Positions 25,984 through 37,700 of a stretch of 64,000 nt of DNA are shown here, in pieces. Source of the stretch: Cheilinus undulatus (lineage: Eukaryota); assembly GCF_018320785.1 (NCBI RefSeq), contig NC_054885.1:14981132-15045131 (forward strand). The letters run 5' to 3'. The translations under genes were made by a program, and so were the position numbers. The notes under the pieces are model-generated. The model ran no database searches, was not told the DNA's origin, and saw nothing but the letters and a program-made list of their open reading frames with translations. Numbering within the stretch: position 1 is the stretch's first letter; every line of letters starts with the position of its first letter.

Positions 25984-26172
25984 CTGCAGCTCAGGCCCAG
26001 CACGGGCCATCTCCTTCAGCGTTTCGCTGCCCAGACTCTGCACCATCTGACCAAAGCGCTCGATCTCAATCTTAGCCAGGCTCTTCTGCTTCTCCACCTC
26101 CAGACTGTCCATCTGCTGCTTGTAGCTCAGCTCCTGCTCACGAGCCTTTGCCAGCCGTAGGAGCTCCGCCTC
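25984..26172 (-). CDS. mvp: MVP exon 15 (EAELLRLAKAREQELSYKQQMDSLEVEKQKSLAKIEIERFGQMVQSLGSETLKEMARAGPELQ)
   Basis: acceptor ttgcag|gag, donor cag|gtacgt; coiled-coil cap-helix region of MVP. Confidence 0.9.
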
Positions 26173-26499
26173 CTGCAAGCATAGAAAAACATACAACTTG
26201 TTAACAAGTACAGTATCATCTTTTAGATGTCACTCCTGAACCCTGGATGCTGTTTGGACTAAAATGGCATCAGAGATTAAATAAAAGGTCCATTTTTGGG
26301 GTCCTATATGTGTTCGTTTGTGCAAATTCATGATTATAATTATATAATCTTACTAAAGTTTTAGTAGGAGTCTGAGATCTTTCAAAGAGTGGTGTAGCTA
26401 TTTTTAAACAAGTACAGTAACAAAGAACTATTTTCGTCCTGCTGTGTCGGAAGTTTAATTTTGAAATTTTGACACATGAAACAGAAAATCAGGTCATAC

Positions 26500-26626
26500 C
26501 GCCTCGATCCTCTGAGCTTCTGCCTTCAGTTTGGCTTCGTTGACAGCTGCCTCTCCCTGAATACGAGCTGCTTCTGCACGAGACTGAGCCTCTGCTTTGG
26601 CAGCTCCAGTACTCTCCACAGCAGCA
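26500..26626 (-). CDS. mvp: MVP exon 14 ((S)[42 protein letters not shown])
   Basis: acceptor tctcag|t (completes Ser), donor gcg|gtatga; antisense to a plus-strand ORF listed in the track. Confidence 0.85.
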
Positions 26627-26784
26627 CTGAGACACACACAAGTTTAAGTGTTAAAAAATTAATGTGTCAGGCAAATAAACTATAATTTTATCATGCTTTT
26701 TCTTGCCATAAGTAGGAACGTTGCCTGTGTAAGATTATAGGTAATTCTAATGTTTTACCAGTAACCCACTACATCTGTAGTTAC

Positions 26785-26901
26785 CTGAGTGCCTCCAGCT
26801 CCAGCAGTTCCTTCCTGGCTCTCTCAGCCTCAGCCTGGTCAGTGATCCTCTGTCTCTCCAGCTTACCCCGAGCCTCCTGCTCCAAACGCTCTGCTTCATG
26901 C
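26785..26901 (-). CDS. mvp: MVP exon 13 ((R)[38 protein letters not shown])
   Basis: acceptor tgttcag|g, donor ag|gtaact; matches the MVP block [38 protein letters not shown]. Confidence 0.9.
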
Positions 26902-27392
26902 CTGAACACAGACAGAAGAAAAACCTCATTTCCTGATGTAGGCAGACTTTCTTCTTTTATTTGAAACTTCCTTTTGTGCTAGGCAAGGCTAAATGTGTCC
27001 ATCTACTTGATGTTAGTCATAAGAATTAACTTAAGTCCATTTTTTGTCAAGAGATTTTTATAAAGTGCATTTATTGCCAGACAAAGGAAAAAAACATAAA
27101 AGAACTGAACAACCTGAGACGATACAGCAGCAAAGAGTATCAGCCAGAAACAGAATTTTGAGAGAGAAAAGGCAGCTGGGCTTATGTTTGTCAAGACATT
27201 TCATTAATTGTTAGACTCTACATTAAATGACTTGGAGATATTATTGATAGATGAGAGTCCTAAAACAACCAGGTGCTCTATACGACAAAATAATTACCTG
27301 GAAGTCATGAAAAAAGGCAGAAAAGGATTCCTTCTGTTTGCATATAAGCTGCTGACAAATATCACCAACAGTTGTCAGTGTTTTTTTCCTAC

Positions 27393-27604
27393 CTTGCGGC
27401 TGCCTCCTGGGAGTTTGTTGTGATTTCAATGGCCAGCTGGACGCTCTTCTGCAGGGCGTCTCGTGTCCTCTGGTCGACCGGCTCCACAGACTGAATGTCC
27501 ACACTGCTGATCACCAGCTTGTTCTGGTTGAAACAAAGGCTGGGACGAACAGCGAGCTTTTCATCAAAGCCAAACACGGCAGAGCAGATGATCCTGTTTG
27601 AGTT
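27393..27604 (-). CDS. mvp: MVP exon 12 ([16 protein letters not shown]...[37 protein letters not shown])
   Basis: acceptor gtttgcag|aac, donor ag|gtagga; highly conserved MVP shoulder-domain block. Confidence 0.9.
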
Positions 27605-27768
27605 CTGCAAACAAAAACAAAATTAGATTAAAATTGTGCATAAAGATCATTTACATAAGTGGATATGTTGTTATGTGAAGCTGATGTTTCTACTACAACA
27701 AGAAAAGCAATTGCTTCTTTTAAAATATAAACCCGAAGAAAATAAACAAGAAATATTGAAATACAAAC

Positions 27769-27913
27769 CTTGTGGAAGTCATCAAACTGCACAGAGGCGA
27801 CAGCTCCTCTGACGCGTGAGGCAATGGCTTTACAGGCGTCTCCTACAAAGTCAGGAACTGAGAAGAGAGCTGCTGCATCAGCAGGGTTGGCAGGAGACTT
27901 GATATCAAAGTGC
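27769..27913 (-). CDS. mvp: MVP exon 11 ((W)[48 protein letters not shown])
   Basis: acceptor ctctttag|g, donor aag|gtttgt. Confidence 0.9.
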
Positions 27914-28382
27914 CTAAAGAGAAAAAGATGAAGTGGAAAAAGGACCATGTTTAGCGATGTATTACTTAGCAAGATTGTGGGGCTCAAACATGGCATTGTG
28001 TATATTCCACCTGTGTTTAGTCAGCGACGCTTTGAGATTTGTTTCAAATGTAAAATATATCAAAAAAAAGTATTATAACGTTAGATACTGGTTTCCTTGA
28101 GCGTGAGTACGGTCTGCTTTTACTTAGTAGTCTGTGTTCACCTAGCTTGCTTCATAAAAGTTTAAAACCCCGTCAAACTTGAGTCAGTGCACTTTTTGGC
28201 AGCTATTTTTAAAACTACTACCCTTTGTCTTTAGATTAAAATGCCTTTTAGTTTAAGTCATTTTACTCTTCAAAGTTTCAGTCTACATTTAGTTGATGAA
28301 CTCTAATGTGTCCCAACGTATTGCTACAGATTTTTTTTTTTAGTTTACTTAGCAAAGCCTGAGTTTTATGTGTCTCAGTCAC

Positions 28383-28580
28383 CAGTTGTAGGAGAGCTGC
28401 AGCTGCAGGCGGGCATGGTCGGCCGTCTCAATGGTGATGATGTCGGTGCAGAAGTCCGGCCCCAGCAGGAGGCAGATGGCTTTGATGACATTGGCCCTCT
28501 TTGGTTTGTCTCCCGACAGTGACAGCACTGTGAACTGCTCATCAGGTCCCAACATCACCATTTCAGGCCCAAACACCACC
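28383..28580 (-). CDS. mvp: MVP exon 10 ((R)[65 protein letters not shown](W))
   Basis: acceptor ctttag|g, donor tg|gtgact. Confidence 0.9.
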
Positions 28581-28663
28581 CTAAAGTCAAGATCACAGAA
28601 CTACGTCAGCCCTCTCCCGCAATCTTAACATGCCTCCATCAGGACATGAAAACAGAGCCCCAC

Positions 28664-28899
28664 CTGGCCTTCTTTTCTCTGTAGTCGTAGACCTGGACGG
28701 CAGCATTGTGGGGGACCCTGTAGGAAACCACTCTGGTCTTGTCCCTCTTTTTGGCTTCTCCGGTTCTGGTGCGGTCTGAGCGGTCAGCCAGGGGGTCCAG
28801 AGGAGAAGCCAGCAGGGCCTCGACGTTTGGTGGAAGCTCCTTTTGCCACAGCTCCTCATCCTGGGTCAGCATGTAGGTGTGACCGATCACCGCTCGCAC
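28664..28899 (-). CDS. mvp: MVP exon 9 ([30 protein letters not shown]...[25 protein letters not shown])
   Basis: acceptor ctccttcag|gtg, donor ag|gtgggg. Confidence 0.9.
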
Positions 28900-28946
28900 C
28901 TGAAGGAGAAAAAGACACACTTATGATGAGATGAACATTGGGAGTA

Positions 28947-29365
28947 GGGGTGCACCGATCGATCAGCCAAGATCGGTATCGGCCTCAATTTCCTTAATTT
29001 TGGGAGATCGGCGATCGGCCAATCCTTGTAAAATAAGATCGGTGGATAAGATCAGTTTCATATGCCTCTACCTACTAAAATGTGAAAAATGAAAGACTAA
29101 AAGAACTGACATTAGTTAGTAGTATGGACAGCAATGCTTTAAACTTTTCATTTATATTTGAGAGAACTACCTCATGTGCAGTTAAAACAACAAGTTTGTA
29201 TTGTTTCACGGGTATTGTTCAATGTTATTCAATAAAATAAGATTGGAACATTGAAGGTGTATGCTGTCAGTCATAAAAAAAATCGGTATCGGCAAAAATC
29301 GGAATCAGGAGGTCAGGCTTTTTAAAGATCGGTGATCGGCCAGAAAATTGCAATCGGTGCACCCC
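28947..29365. mobile_element. TA-flanked MITE in the mvp intron, TIR ggggtgcaccgatcgat, internal atcggt/gatcgg-rich repeats
   Basis: taGGGGTGCACCGATCGATC...GCAATCGGTGCACCCCta; terminal about 17 bp are reverse complements; flanking TA at both ends. Confidence 0.75.
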
Positions 29366-29546
29366 TAATTGGGAGCATCCCAATGACTTTAAAAATGCAT
29401 TAGGAGATTGTCTGGCACCAAACAATACTTGTGCATGTGCAGCACGAGAGCAGTAAAGAGCTGATGGTGGTTCAAACAATCATTATAAAGGATTAACAAT
29501 CCATTTTGGGCATTAGGATTCCAAGTGACTGCACCTTAGCTCATAC

Positions 29547-29771
29547 CTTTCCAGTTTTGATGTCCCTCACATAGATACCCTCGTTCTCGTCCAGCGGGAT
29601 AGCCTGTCTTTTCAGCACCACCTCCACAGCAGCAGGCGGGACATACTCAATGGGACCCCGCAGCATCCAGCGGTCTCCAGGGCGACGGAGGACACCGCTC
29701 CTCCGTGAGCGCTTCGCCCTCTCCTGCTGACGCTCCTCCTCCTCATCTCCATCGTCGTCGTCTTCATCTCG
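29547..29771 (-). CDS. mvp: MVP exon 8 ([75 protein letters not shown])
   Basis: acceptor ctgccag|cga, donor aag|gtatga; conserved WMLRGP.EYVP...[17 protein letters not shown]; N-terminal acidic/basic insertion is lineage-specific. Confidence 0.8.
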
Positions 29772-29799
29772 CTGGCAGAGAGAACGGGGGAGAGACAGG

Positions 29800-29935
29800 T
29801 GGAGGAGGGAGAGAAGGGTTAACGTGGCGATGCATTGGAGCGGGGGAGGAGGGGAAGAAGGAGGAGGAGGAGGAGGGGGGGGAGGAAGAGGAGGGGAAGG
29901 AGGAGGAGGAGGAGCGGGGATCGGAGATGGGCACT
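29800..29935. repeat. (GGA/GAG)n polypurine tract in mvp intron 7
   Basis: ggaggaggaggaggagggggggggaggaagaggagggg...; the overlapping ORF 29705-29944 is an artefact. Confidence 0.85.
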
Positions 29936-31862
29936 GAGATGTAAACGGAAATCCAAATGGAGGAGGGAAACTTAAGGGGTGAATGCAGTAAATAAAAGTG
30001 TTAAAATTAAATAAAGGGGAGAAGAAGAAGAGAGCAGAGTAGGGGTATAATGGGTTAGCTAAGGAAGGGAAGATGGTGCAGTGAAGGGCAGAATCAGCTC
30101 ATACATCAAACATTAAGTTCACGCTTTTGTTTGGGATTCATACAAAACTCCACCCAGTTTAACTGGAAGACAACACAGGCTGCAACAGTTGGTGCTGAGA
30201 AATGCAGTCAGTGAGGAAATGCAAAAAACTGCAGTCTCAGCAGCTTGAGACTGGCTGTAAATGCCATAGCTGACCCCATTAATGGCACCACAGCACTGAA
30301 GACATCCATCCTCAAATATTTTTGTGTACAAGTCAATTCTTTGTCCTCTGAGTTTTATATCTTGTTAAAAAAATTTACTCAACAGCACTACTGGTGTGAA
30401 AAACAGCTTTAGCCGCTTGTGTGGTTTTGCAACTTGAGCAGAAGCAAGAATCTGCTCACTCTGATCAACTTTAAAGTTATTATCCACAACTTTGGTATGT
30501 CAGATTTAAACATTTCTCTCCAGGCCTCCAGCAACCACAGAGAATTCATCCCACTAAACTCCATTCAGAAGAAAAAGAGTGATAATATTCAGCTGCAGCA
30601 GGGCTCACCTCTGAACACACCCAAAAAAAACAATCATTGGTTTAAGGAGTGGCCCAAGCTGTCAAGGACTTTAATCTTCAAACCAGAGATGGCAGAAACA
30701 CACCTCTGACTTATCACTTTATTCAGGGCGTTGAACACCTACAGCAGTCTAAAAGCAGTCTGTCTAGTAACGTACAGGTCATCTTTCTTTCTCACACACC
30801 TCTGTAAAAAGATGAAGTTTGCCTTTGTATTCAGATCAACCAGTTGCAAAAGACCAGCTTAAATAGCCGCCAGTGTACAAATAAAGAGTGCCTTGTCCCA
30901 GATCCTCCCAACATTCCTCTACACTCTGGTTACTCCCTCAGAAAGAGGAGCTGAATATATCAGGCAGGCACGAAAAACAAAGATGAACTTTATGAAGAAA
31001 ATCTGGTGCGTCAGAAAGTATACCAAGTCAGCTGGTGTCACCAGAGTATACTTGAACAGTGATGCCGATTTGAATACTTATCCCAGTGGTGGAGTGATCC
31101 TGACCAGTAGAACCTGTGCCTGTAATTATTTTTGGAGTGTGTGAAAACTACAATGGTAGGAATAATAAAGTCTTTGCATGAAGCTTATATAAATTTTTGA
31201 ACAGCAAACTAACACGTTAAAGCTAATCGTTTAAGCTGTTTATGCATTGCTTAGGCTGCAAATTGAAACTGTTAATTTATAGGATTATGGGTTGAAATGA
31301 TGGGCTAACAAATTAAACAGTTCACTTTTGTCATAGATGAACAGTACAATGAACAATGGTAGAAGTTGCTGGGTTAAATTATGGAGAAATAGTTCAGAGC
31401 ATAAACGGATGAACAGTAAGCTCAAGTAATGCATAAACTACTGAAACTTCGCTCTGACTTATTTTTAAAAAACCATTAAATGTTCACCGTTTTATTAGTA
31501 GTCTGAATGCTTTTCAATGAGCAGTTAAGTACTAACGCTAAGCTCAGGCATTTCTGGTAGGAAGTCTAGTGTTCCTTTGAAATTAAATCAGCTTGCATTT
31601 TGCCAAGGAAAGGTTTTTGGTGCAAACACATGTAGCCAAGAAAAAAGCAGTTTTGTTTGATACAGTAAAGATGTCTTTTTCTGCCATTTTGGTTCAAGAC
31701 TGTGCACCAGCATAAATAAATAAGTTCAGATGAATATAGATCAGAGGGTGAGGTGATCCAGTTAGAGAGAGGTATGTAAAATACAGTAGCACAGCAAGAG
31801 GAAATAACCCTTCTCCTGGAAGACAACGTTATTTGCATGAATCACCAGTAGTTTCTCCTCAC

Positions 31863-31988
31863 CTGCTCAGTGTCATTGAACGCCTCCACAGCTCGGAGCA
31901 CCAGACCCTCTTCCTCTGACAGCACATAGACATCCTGGATGCCATTTTCAAGGTGCTCACCTGGCTGTAGGAAAAATGAACGCTCCCC
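31863..31988 (-). CDS. mvp: MVP exon 7 ([42 protein letters not shown])
   Basis: acceptor ctttgtcag|ggg, donor cag|gtgagg. Confidence 0.9.
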
Positions 31989-32456
31989 CTGACAAAGAGA
32001 AACAAGTCCAAAGGGAAATAAAGTTATCAGATTCAAGAGCACTTTACTAAAATTTGCATAGCCGATCAAAGTATATACACCAAGTAAACTAATTACTTAA
32101 AACAGCATGATATGACTTTTGGAGAAACACCATCATGATTTATGCAGATTAATAAAGAGATTAGTCAACAACGTCTCAAAAGTTAGTTATTTGAGTTAAA
32201 TTCATCAAGTTCTACTTTAAACAAGACTAGATGATCTTAAAAATAACCAAAAGGAAAAAAACAAAATATTTTCTAACTTCATATCTTTACCCACTTTGAG
32301 ATTTTTCTACTATCTGTAAAAAACAAACGTATGTGTTTTTCATTCAGTTTATAAAGAAAAGTCACCCAGACCGTGTAAATATGAAAACACCTAATCAAAA
32401 AGCTGAATGTAATTTAAAAATGGTGTCAAAATAGCAGCAGTGATGAGGTAGTTTAC

Positions 32457-32693
32457 CTTCACCACCCTCTTCTGTCCCAGCTGAGGTTTCCCATCAGTTC
32501 CCACTGGATCCAGGACCACACAGTACTGCCTGCTGCTCAGAGTGGTCACATTCACCACCCCTACCACTTCCTCTGCCACAGAGGGGATGTGAGCTTCCCT
32601 GTCAGCCATGGTGACGAGCCACTCCTCTCCTGTACGACGGTCCCGACCTCCGGCATCTTTGAAGGGACGCAGAGCACGAACATGGAGCGCTTT
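32457..32693 (-). CDS. mvp: MVP exon 6 ([79 protein letters not shown])
   Basis: acceptor cttttag|aaa, donor aag|gtaaac. Confidence 0.9.
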
Positions 32694-32859
32694 CTAAAAG
32701 TAATGACAAAGGACTAGTGAAGCGTGTAAATATATCCTCACTGAATATCACCATAGCTCTCCTATAAATTCAGTTATGAACTCTAGACTAATTCTTGGAG
32801 TGACTGCAGTTTGAATTTTTGGTAAACAACAAACAGCCCCATTCGAAAGAAAAAGTCAC

Positions 32860-32954
32860 CTTGTCGGTCAGAATGAAAGCATTCACAATGTCGATGACTT
32901 CCTCATGAGCACCTGGCAGGTAAGCTCCCACCTTACTGACCAGCCACTCCTCAC
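32860..32954 (-). CDS. mvp: MVP exon 5 ((G)[31 protein letters not shown])
   Basis: acceptor ggtttcag|gt, donor aag|gtgact. Confidence 0.9.
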
Positions 32955-33266
32955 CTGAAACCAAACACACAGTTCAGTATGCTAACATTGACATGTTCAT
33001 GAATTCAACCATTTTCTAACTTGTATGTAAATTCTGCCACCACGGGGCTCTCAATCAAAACAATAACAAAAATGATAAGTAGAGAGGTTCTGCACAGCTC
33101 TGCCCATCTCTGGTCAGTTATCAGGTTTGCTGTCCTAGCTTTCACACTAACAAGTACACAAAAATAAAATGCATGTAGCAAAGACAGGAGTGGTCATTTT
33201 TTATTATGCTGACATTTCAATGCAAAACCTCGGCATATTGTTCCTTCAAAGTCTATACTGTGTTAC

Positions 33267-33398
33267 CTGTGACCCTGCGGACTCCGCCTCTGTCCACTCC
33301 CTCCTTGCGAGCTCTCAGTCTGATGGCCTGGTTCTCTCTGATCACTGTGGCCTTGATCGTCTCCAGCACAGCCACCTCCTTCCTTGGGATGTACGTCC
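33267..33398 (-). CDS. mvp: MVP exon 4 ((G)[43 protein letters not shown])
   Basis: acceptor ctgcag|gg, donor cag|gtaaca; antisense to plus ORF 33206-33475. Confidence 0.85.
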
Positions 33399-33840
33399 CT
33401 GCAGCAAAAAACACACCACATGAGTCAGAAATGTACCAGAAGATCTATTTACACAAAGAAGAAGGCACTTGTTGAGCACAGATTCACACGGAAACTCGAA
33501 ATCGCCAAATTTCCTGAACCATTTTTCTCTGCTGCAAAAAACAGCATAGATAGCTTGAGGGTTAACGTGGCTGTTATTTAAAATAAGTTCCTGAACTTTA
33601 ATGAAGGAAAGCAACTTGATCAGAATAAATTATTGTGAATGACAACATTAAAAACAGAGTGCAACAACATGTACAAGAGTGAAATAACCAACTAAAAATG
33701 GGCTTATGCAGTTAGTAGCTGTGATGCAATCCTCATCATATTATTGATATATTAAATTAATTCTGAATGTTTCACAGATTGAATATTTTACCAGTGATAT
33801 CTGATATAGAGAGAGTATGTAATGCTCAGTGAAAACATAC

Positions 33841-33964
33841 CTGGTCCTTCAAACAGCCACTCATCTCCAGCAACTCTCTTCTCTCCTCCTTCAACCTCGA
33901 AGTCCAGCAGAGCCTGAAGACGCAGCGCCGTGTCCGGGTACACGATTTGTAGCGGAGTCACGTC
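33841..33964 (-). CDS. mvp: MVP exon 3 ([41 protein letters not shown](G))
   Basis: acceptor gtgcctcag|gac, donor g|gtatgt. Confidence 0.9.
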
Positions 33965-34535
33965 CTGAGGCACAAACACATATCATTTGACATGTTTTCA
34001 AACACAGAGAAAAAAATCTTTAATAAACTGTAAACATATTATTTGGTTGGTGTATAATACACACAAAAAGGTAAAAAGTGATACAAAAAAATCTTATTTT
34101 GATGGAATTTAAGAATGCCCATGTATGCAAGCATTTCATTAATGCTGTTTCATTAATGCAAAGGAAAATTAAAGGCCACCTTGATGGTATAGTTTTAAGA
34201 ATTTTATTTGAATGAATTAACAAAGACAATTTTCCCATGAAAAGAGGTCGATTTCTTATTATTTTGACCTTGGAAAGAAACTGAGAAATCACCAGAGATT
34301 TTTTATCTAAATGAAAAACATTTGGATGTTGGATTTTCTTTGGTTCAGATTTCGAGTTTATTGATTGCTTCTAAGTCTGTGTGTAAAACAAACTGTACAA
34401 GCAGCTAAATTAAAAAAGGATGATCATGTCCATTATTCTGATAACTTATTTAAAATTGGTAATCATTCAAGACCTCATCTCCTCCGGATGGACATTTTTG
34501 TGGTTAGAAAAGCTCACTGGGATTTGGGCTCTGAC

Positions 34536-34731
34536 CTGCTGGACCTCCTCCCCGGGGTAGAGAGGGAACGGTTCCTGGGTCAGGCGAATCTCCAGGTCTG
34601 CATGGCGGAGCTTAGCCTGACCCGACTGATCAAAAAGGACTTGATTTTCCTCATCGCGGGCGACGGGGTTGATGACCACGCAGTAGTGGCGTGGTGGCAC
34701 CATGATCATCCGAACTGGTGGGAAGAGGACT
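34536..34731 (-). CDS. mvp: MVP exon 2 ((R)[65 protein letters not shown])
   Basis: acceptor cttcttcag|a, donor cag|gtcaga. Confidence 0.9.
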
Positions 34732-36720
34732 CTGAAGAAGAGCAGAGAAAGAAAACAACCCTCATGTGAAAGCCTGGTTTATTTTACCCTAAAAAAACAG
34801 AGAAAACGCCTACAGCAGCTAGTCACTGATGAATGCAAACATAAAAAATATTGGCACATCAAAGGGAAAAGGGGATTAGTAATATCTTTTCAGTTTTACC
34901 TGCACTTTTCCACAGAAGCTAGTGAGGCAAGAAGATACCAGCAGCGGGCGGTAACAATGAACTAGCACACCAAAAGCTTCTAAAACATGTCTGTTTAAGC
35001 TTACAATAACAAAAAATGATCTGCACTCCTACATATGGGCTTAAGAGATCTATTTTCTCAGTCCAGCTCATTTAGCTTCTTCCCCCAGCTTCCTGACTTT
35101 ATGAAAAGCTAGTGTAACCAGCTGTTTACTGAAAAATATTTTCAGAATCAAACACAATCTAACTATGTCTGAAACTATAATATACTCTACCAAGCTAGCA
35201 TTTTAACACTAAGGACCTTTTCAACACACTTCTACAATTCTTTTGAATGGTTATTTCAAATTTAACAGCTAACAGGTGTTTTTGTGGTTTTAAAAGTGTT
35301 CCAGTTCAGTTTATTTAAAACTGTCCAAAGAGTTTGTCAATCTAGAGTGATTTGTATTTCTGACATTTCATCAGCTCATTGAAACAGCTTTTAAATAAAC
35401 CAAATGCATCCTACAGTAATATAACAAGACATCCATGCGCTATACCTGCTATTACATTTTATAACGCATTCTAAAATTAGGTTACTAACCGTGTATCTAG
35501 GAGCAAAGTGAAGTTACTGTGTATTTTGAGGCAGAGTAGAATCAGTGACTATAGTAGCTGCATCTAAAAAAATCAATAGTGAAATCAATACTTGTATTAT
35601 TAATTAAAGTGTTGCATTTAAAAACTGCTTTGGCAAACATTTATCTGCTAGTGTGCAGATAAAATCACTGCATGGGCAGAGAGTGGCAGTTAAGGTAAAT
35701 CCATAAACTCCAGCTGCTTTGACCTACTTTGATAAAGGATCCTGATCAAAGTCTCTGATGTTTGTGCGCATTGTGTTTCTGTAGTCAGGGAGATATCAAA
35801 GAGCTTGGCAACAGTGATAACACACTGATCTAATCCAGTTTACTCATGTGACACAAAGAGTCAGAAAATCTGATCAGGAGCTTCCTTTTACAAACAGAAT
35901 TGATGAATAGTTTCATCAGCATGTTCTGGTTGAGAGCATGACTGCTCCTGATACACTATGAGATTAAAGATCAGAGGTCTCTCTCTCGTATCCCTAGAAG
36001 CACTTAGATTCTAAAGCCGAGAATTAGGTAAAAATGGTGTTGCAGTTGTGGGTATTCATCCTCATAGGAAACAGGGTTCAAGGTTTCCCCCTTGTGTTTA
36101 AAATGAGACGAGGGTAATATCTCTAGAACTGTGGACTGTAGTTAAAGACAAAAAAGGGACCCATCAAATATGTGGTTTTAGAGACCAAAACATCTTCTAT
36201 TTTCTTCGCCTTACTTTTGCAAATGAAGTTAATGCCACTTAAAGTCCACCTTGTTCATACTTTTTATATTAGCATTGTCTACTTTTGCAACCAGTATCAG
36301 TTATGTATCATTTTATAGGTTAATTCTGTGGTACTTTGTGAGCCATTAGCCCTTTTACTCTGCTTACAGTCCTTTTGTCCAGAGCTAGGCTCACAACATT
36401 TTCATTTGAGACTGGATTTATATTACAAACATTTCAGCCCCACAAAAATTTATTTCTTTCAAATTGTCAAATGATTTCTTCCAACATTTATGTCCATAAA
36501 CTAACCACATAGCACATCCTTTGACTGAAACACACTAGCCCCACACTGTTTCTTGCACAGGCTCTTTACCTAACTTATCTAAACCAAACAACAGAAAGCC
36601 TCTTCACAAAAATGAATAAAAGACAATGTGGGTGTCCACAAAGTTGATCATTTTAACATAAAATAAAGCTCATATGACTAATAGGATTTTTCTAGTTTAT
36701 GATATTCTGTTGTTTCTGAC

Positions 36721-36881
36721 CTCTCATTGTCCTGGCGGATGTAGGTGAGAGGTCCGATCTCCACCCGGGCGATGTTGGTGTTTTGGTCCAGTACATGGAT
36801 ATAGTGATGAGGTGGGATGCGGATGATTGACGAATCCACTGGCCCCTCAAACTCCGGCCCTTTTCCACTTTTCTTAGACAT
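36721..36881 (-). CDS. mvp: MVP exon 1, first coding exon ([53 protein letters not shown](R))
   Basis: ATG at 36881-36879; conserved MVP N-terminus [30 protein letters not shown]; donor ag|gtcaga. Confidence 0.9.
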
Positions 36882-37589
36882 GATGGGAAGTAAATGCTGC
36901 AGATAGACAATAGAGATGCAAATGACTGGAAGAATAAGGCAACAATAAAATGAAAACACTCACTAGCACAGAAGAGGAGCTTAATGCATTTTGAGGCTTA
37001 GGAGCCTTTGGTTCAGTTTTATCCTGTCAGTAGTGGAAGAAAAACTTGAGTCTTGATTTAAAATAAAAGGCATAAGACAATAAAGTAGAATTACTTCAGT
37101 TGCAAGTTAAAGTTGCAACTTCACAATCAAACTTGAGTAGCAAATCTAAGTCAGCATTAAAACAGGATAGCTTCAAGTTCAACCAAGTACTTCTACAGCC
37201 TAGCATGGACAAACTACAAAAGCTCACTGAATATTATGGCAGAAGCTTCTTTTTTTTAAATTCAAAAGCATTTGTACTTTTGTACAGATTTAAAGCAATA
37301 GTTATTACCACAATGCTGCTAATTAATACAAACTATCAAAAGAATTTAGGAATCCATTACTGTGAATGCAAAGGAAAGCGTAAAAGTAAAGAATATCATT
37401 TGATACAAATGACAATAATGTTACGAAGTATGAAGTAATGCAAAACCACACTCTCTTTAGCATGCTCACTTCTTATTCGCCGTCACTTGTGTTTTTGTAG
37501 CTATGGGCAATCTTTTCGTTCGGTTTATGTATAATGTCTGCAGGTACTACTTTATGCCTTTTTTGATACATACAAGAGTTACCAGAGTC

Positions 37590-37700
37590 ATTCATGGGGA
37601 AAAGAGAGAGGGGAATTACACGCGAGAAAGGAGCCACATGCTGAGTTCAAACCCAGGTTGCCCATTTCAGAGGTCACCAAATAACCCCATCTTCCTATAT
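37590..37700 (-). mobile_element. fragment of the same tRNA-derived SINE family as 19300-19500
   Basis: gagaggggaattacacgcgagaaaggagccacatgctgagttcaaacccaggttgccc aligns with the 19380-19450 SINE body. Confidence 0.45.

Noticed and set aside
26476-26685. plus-strand ORF of 69 aa (also 33206-33475, 34365-34769, 29705-29944, 48346-48579, 48841-49365)
   Set aside because: These are antisense shadows of mvp or triobp-like exons, or low-complexity tracts. The opposite strand carries the conserved protein and the splice signals.
27601-27610. apparent mismatch between ORF-track start coordinates and ATG positions
   Set aside because: This is explained by the ORF track using alternative start codons (GTG/TTG printed as M). 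ORF ends and frames were therefore used only as coordinate anchors, not as evidence of translation starts.
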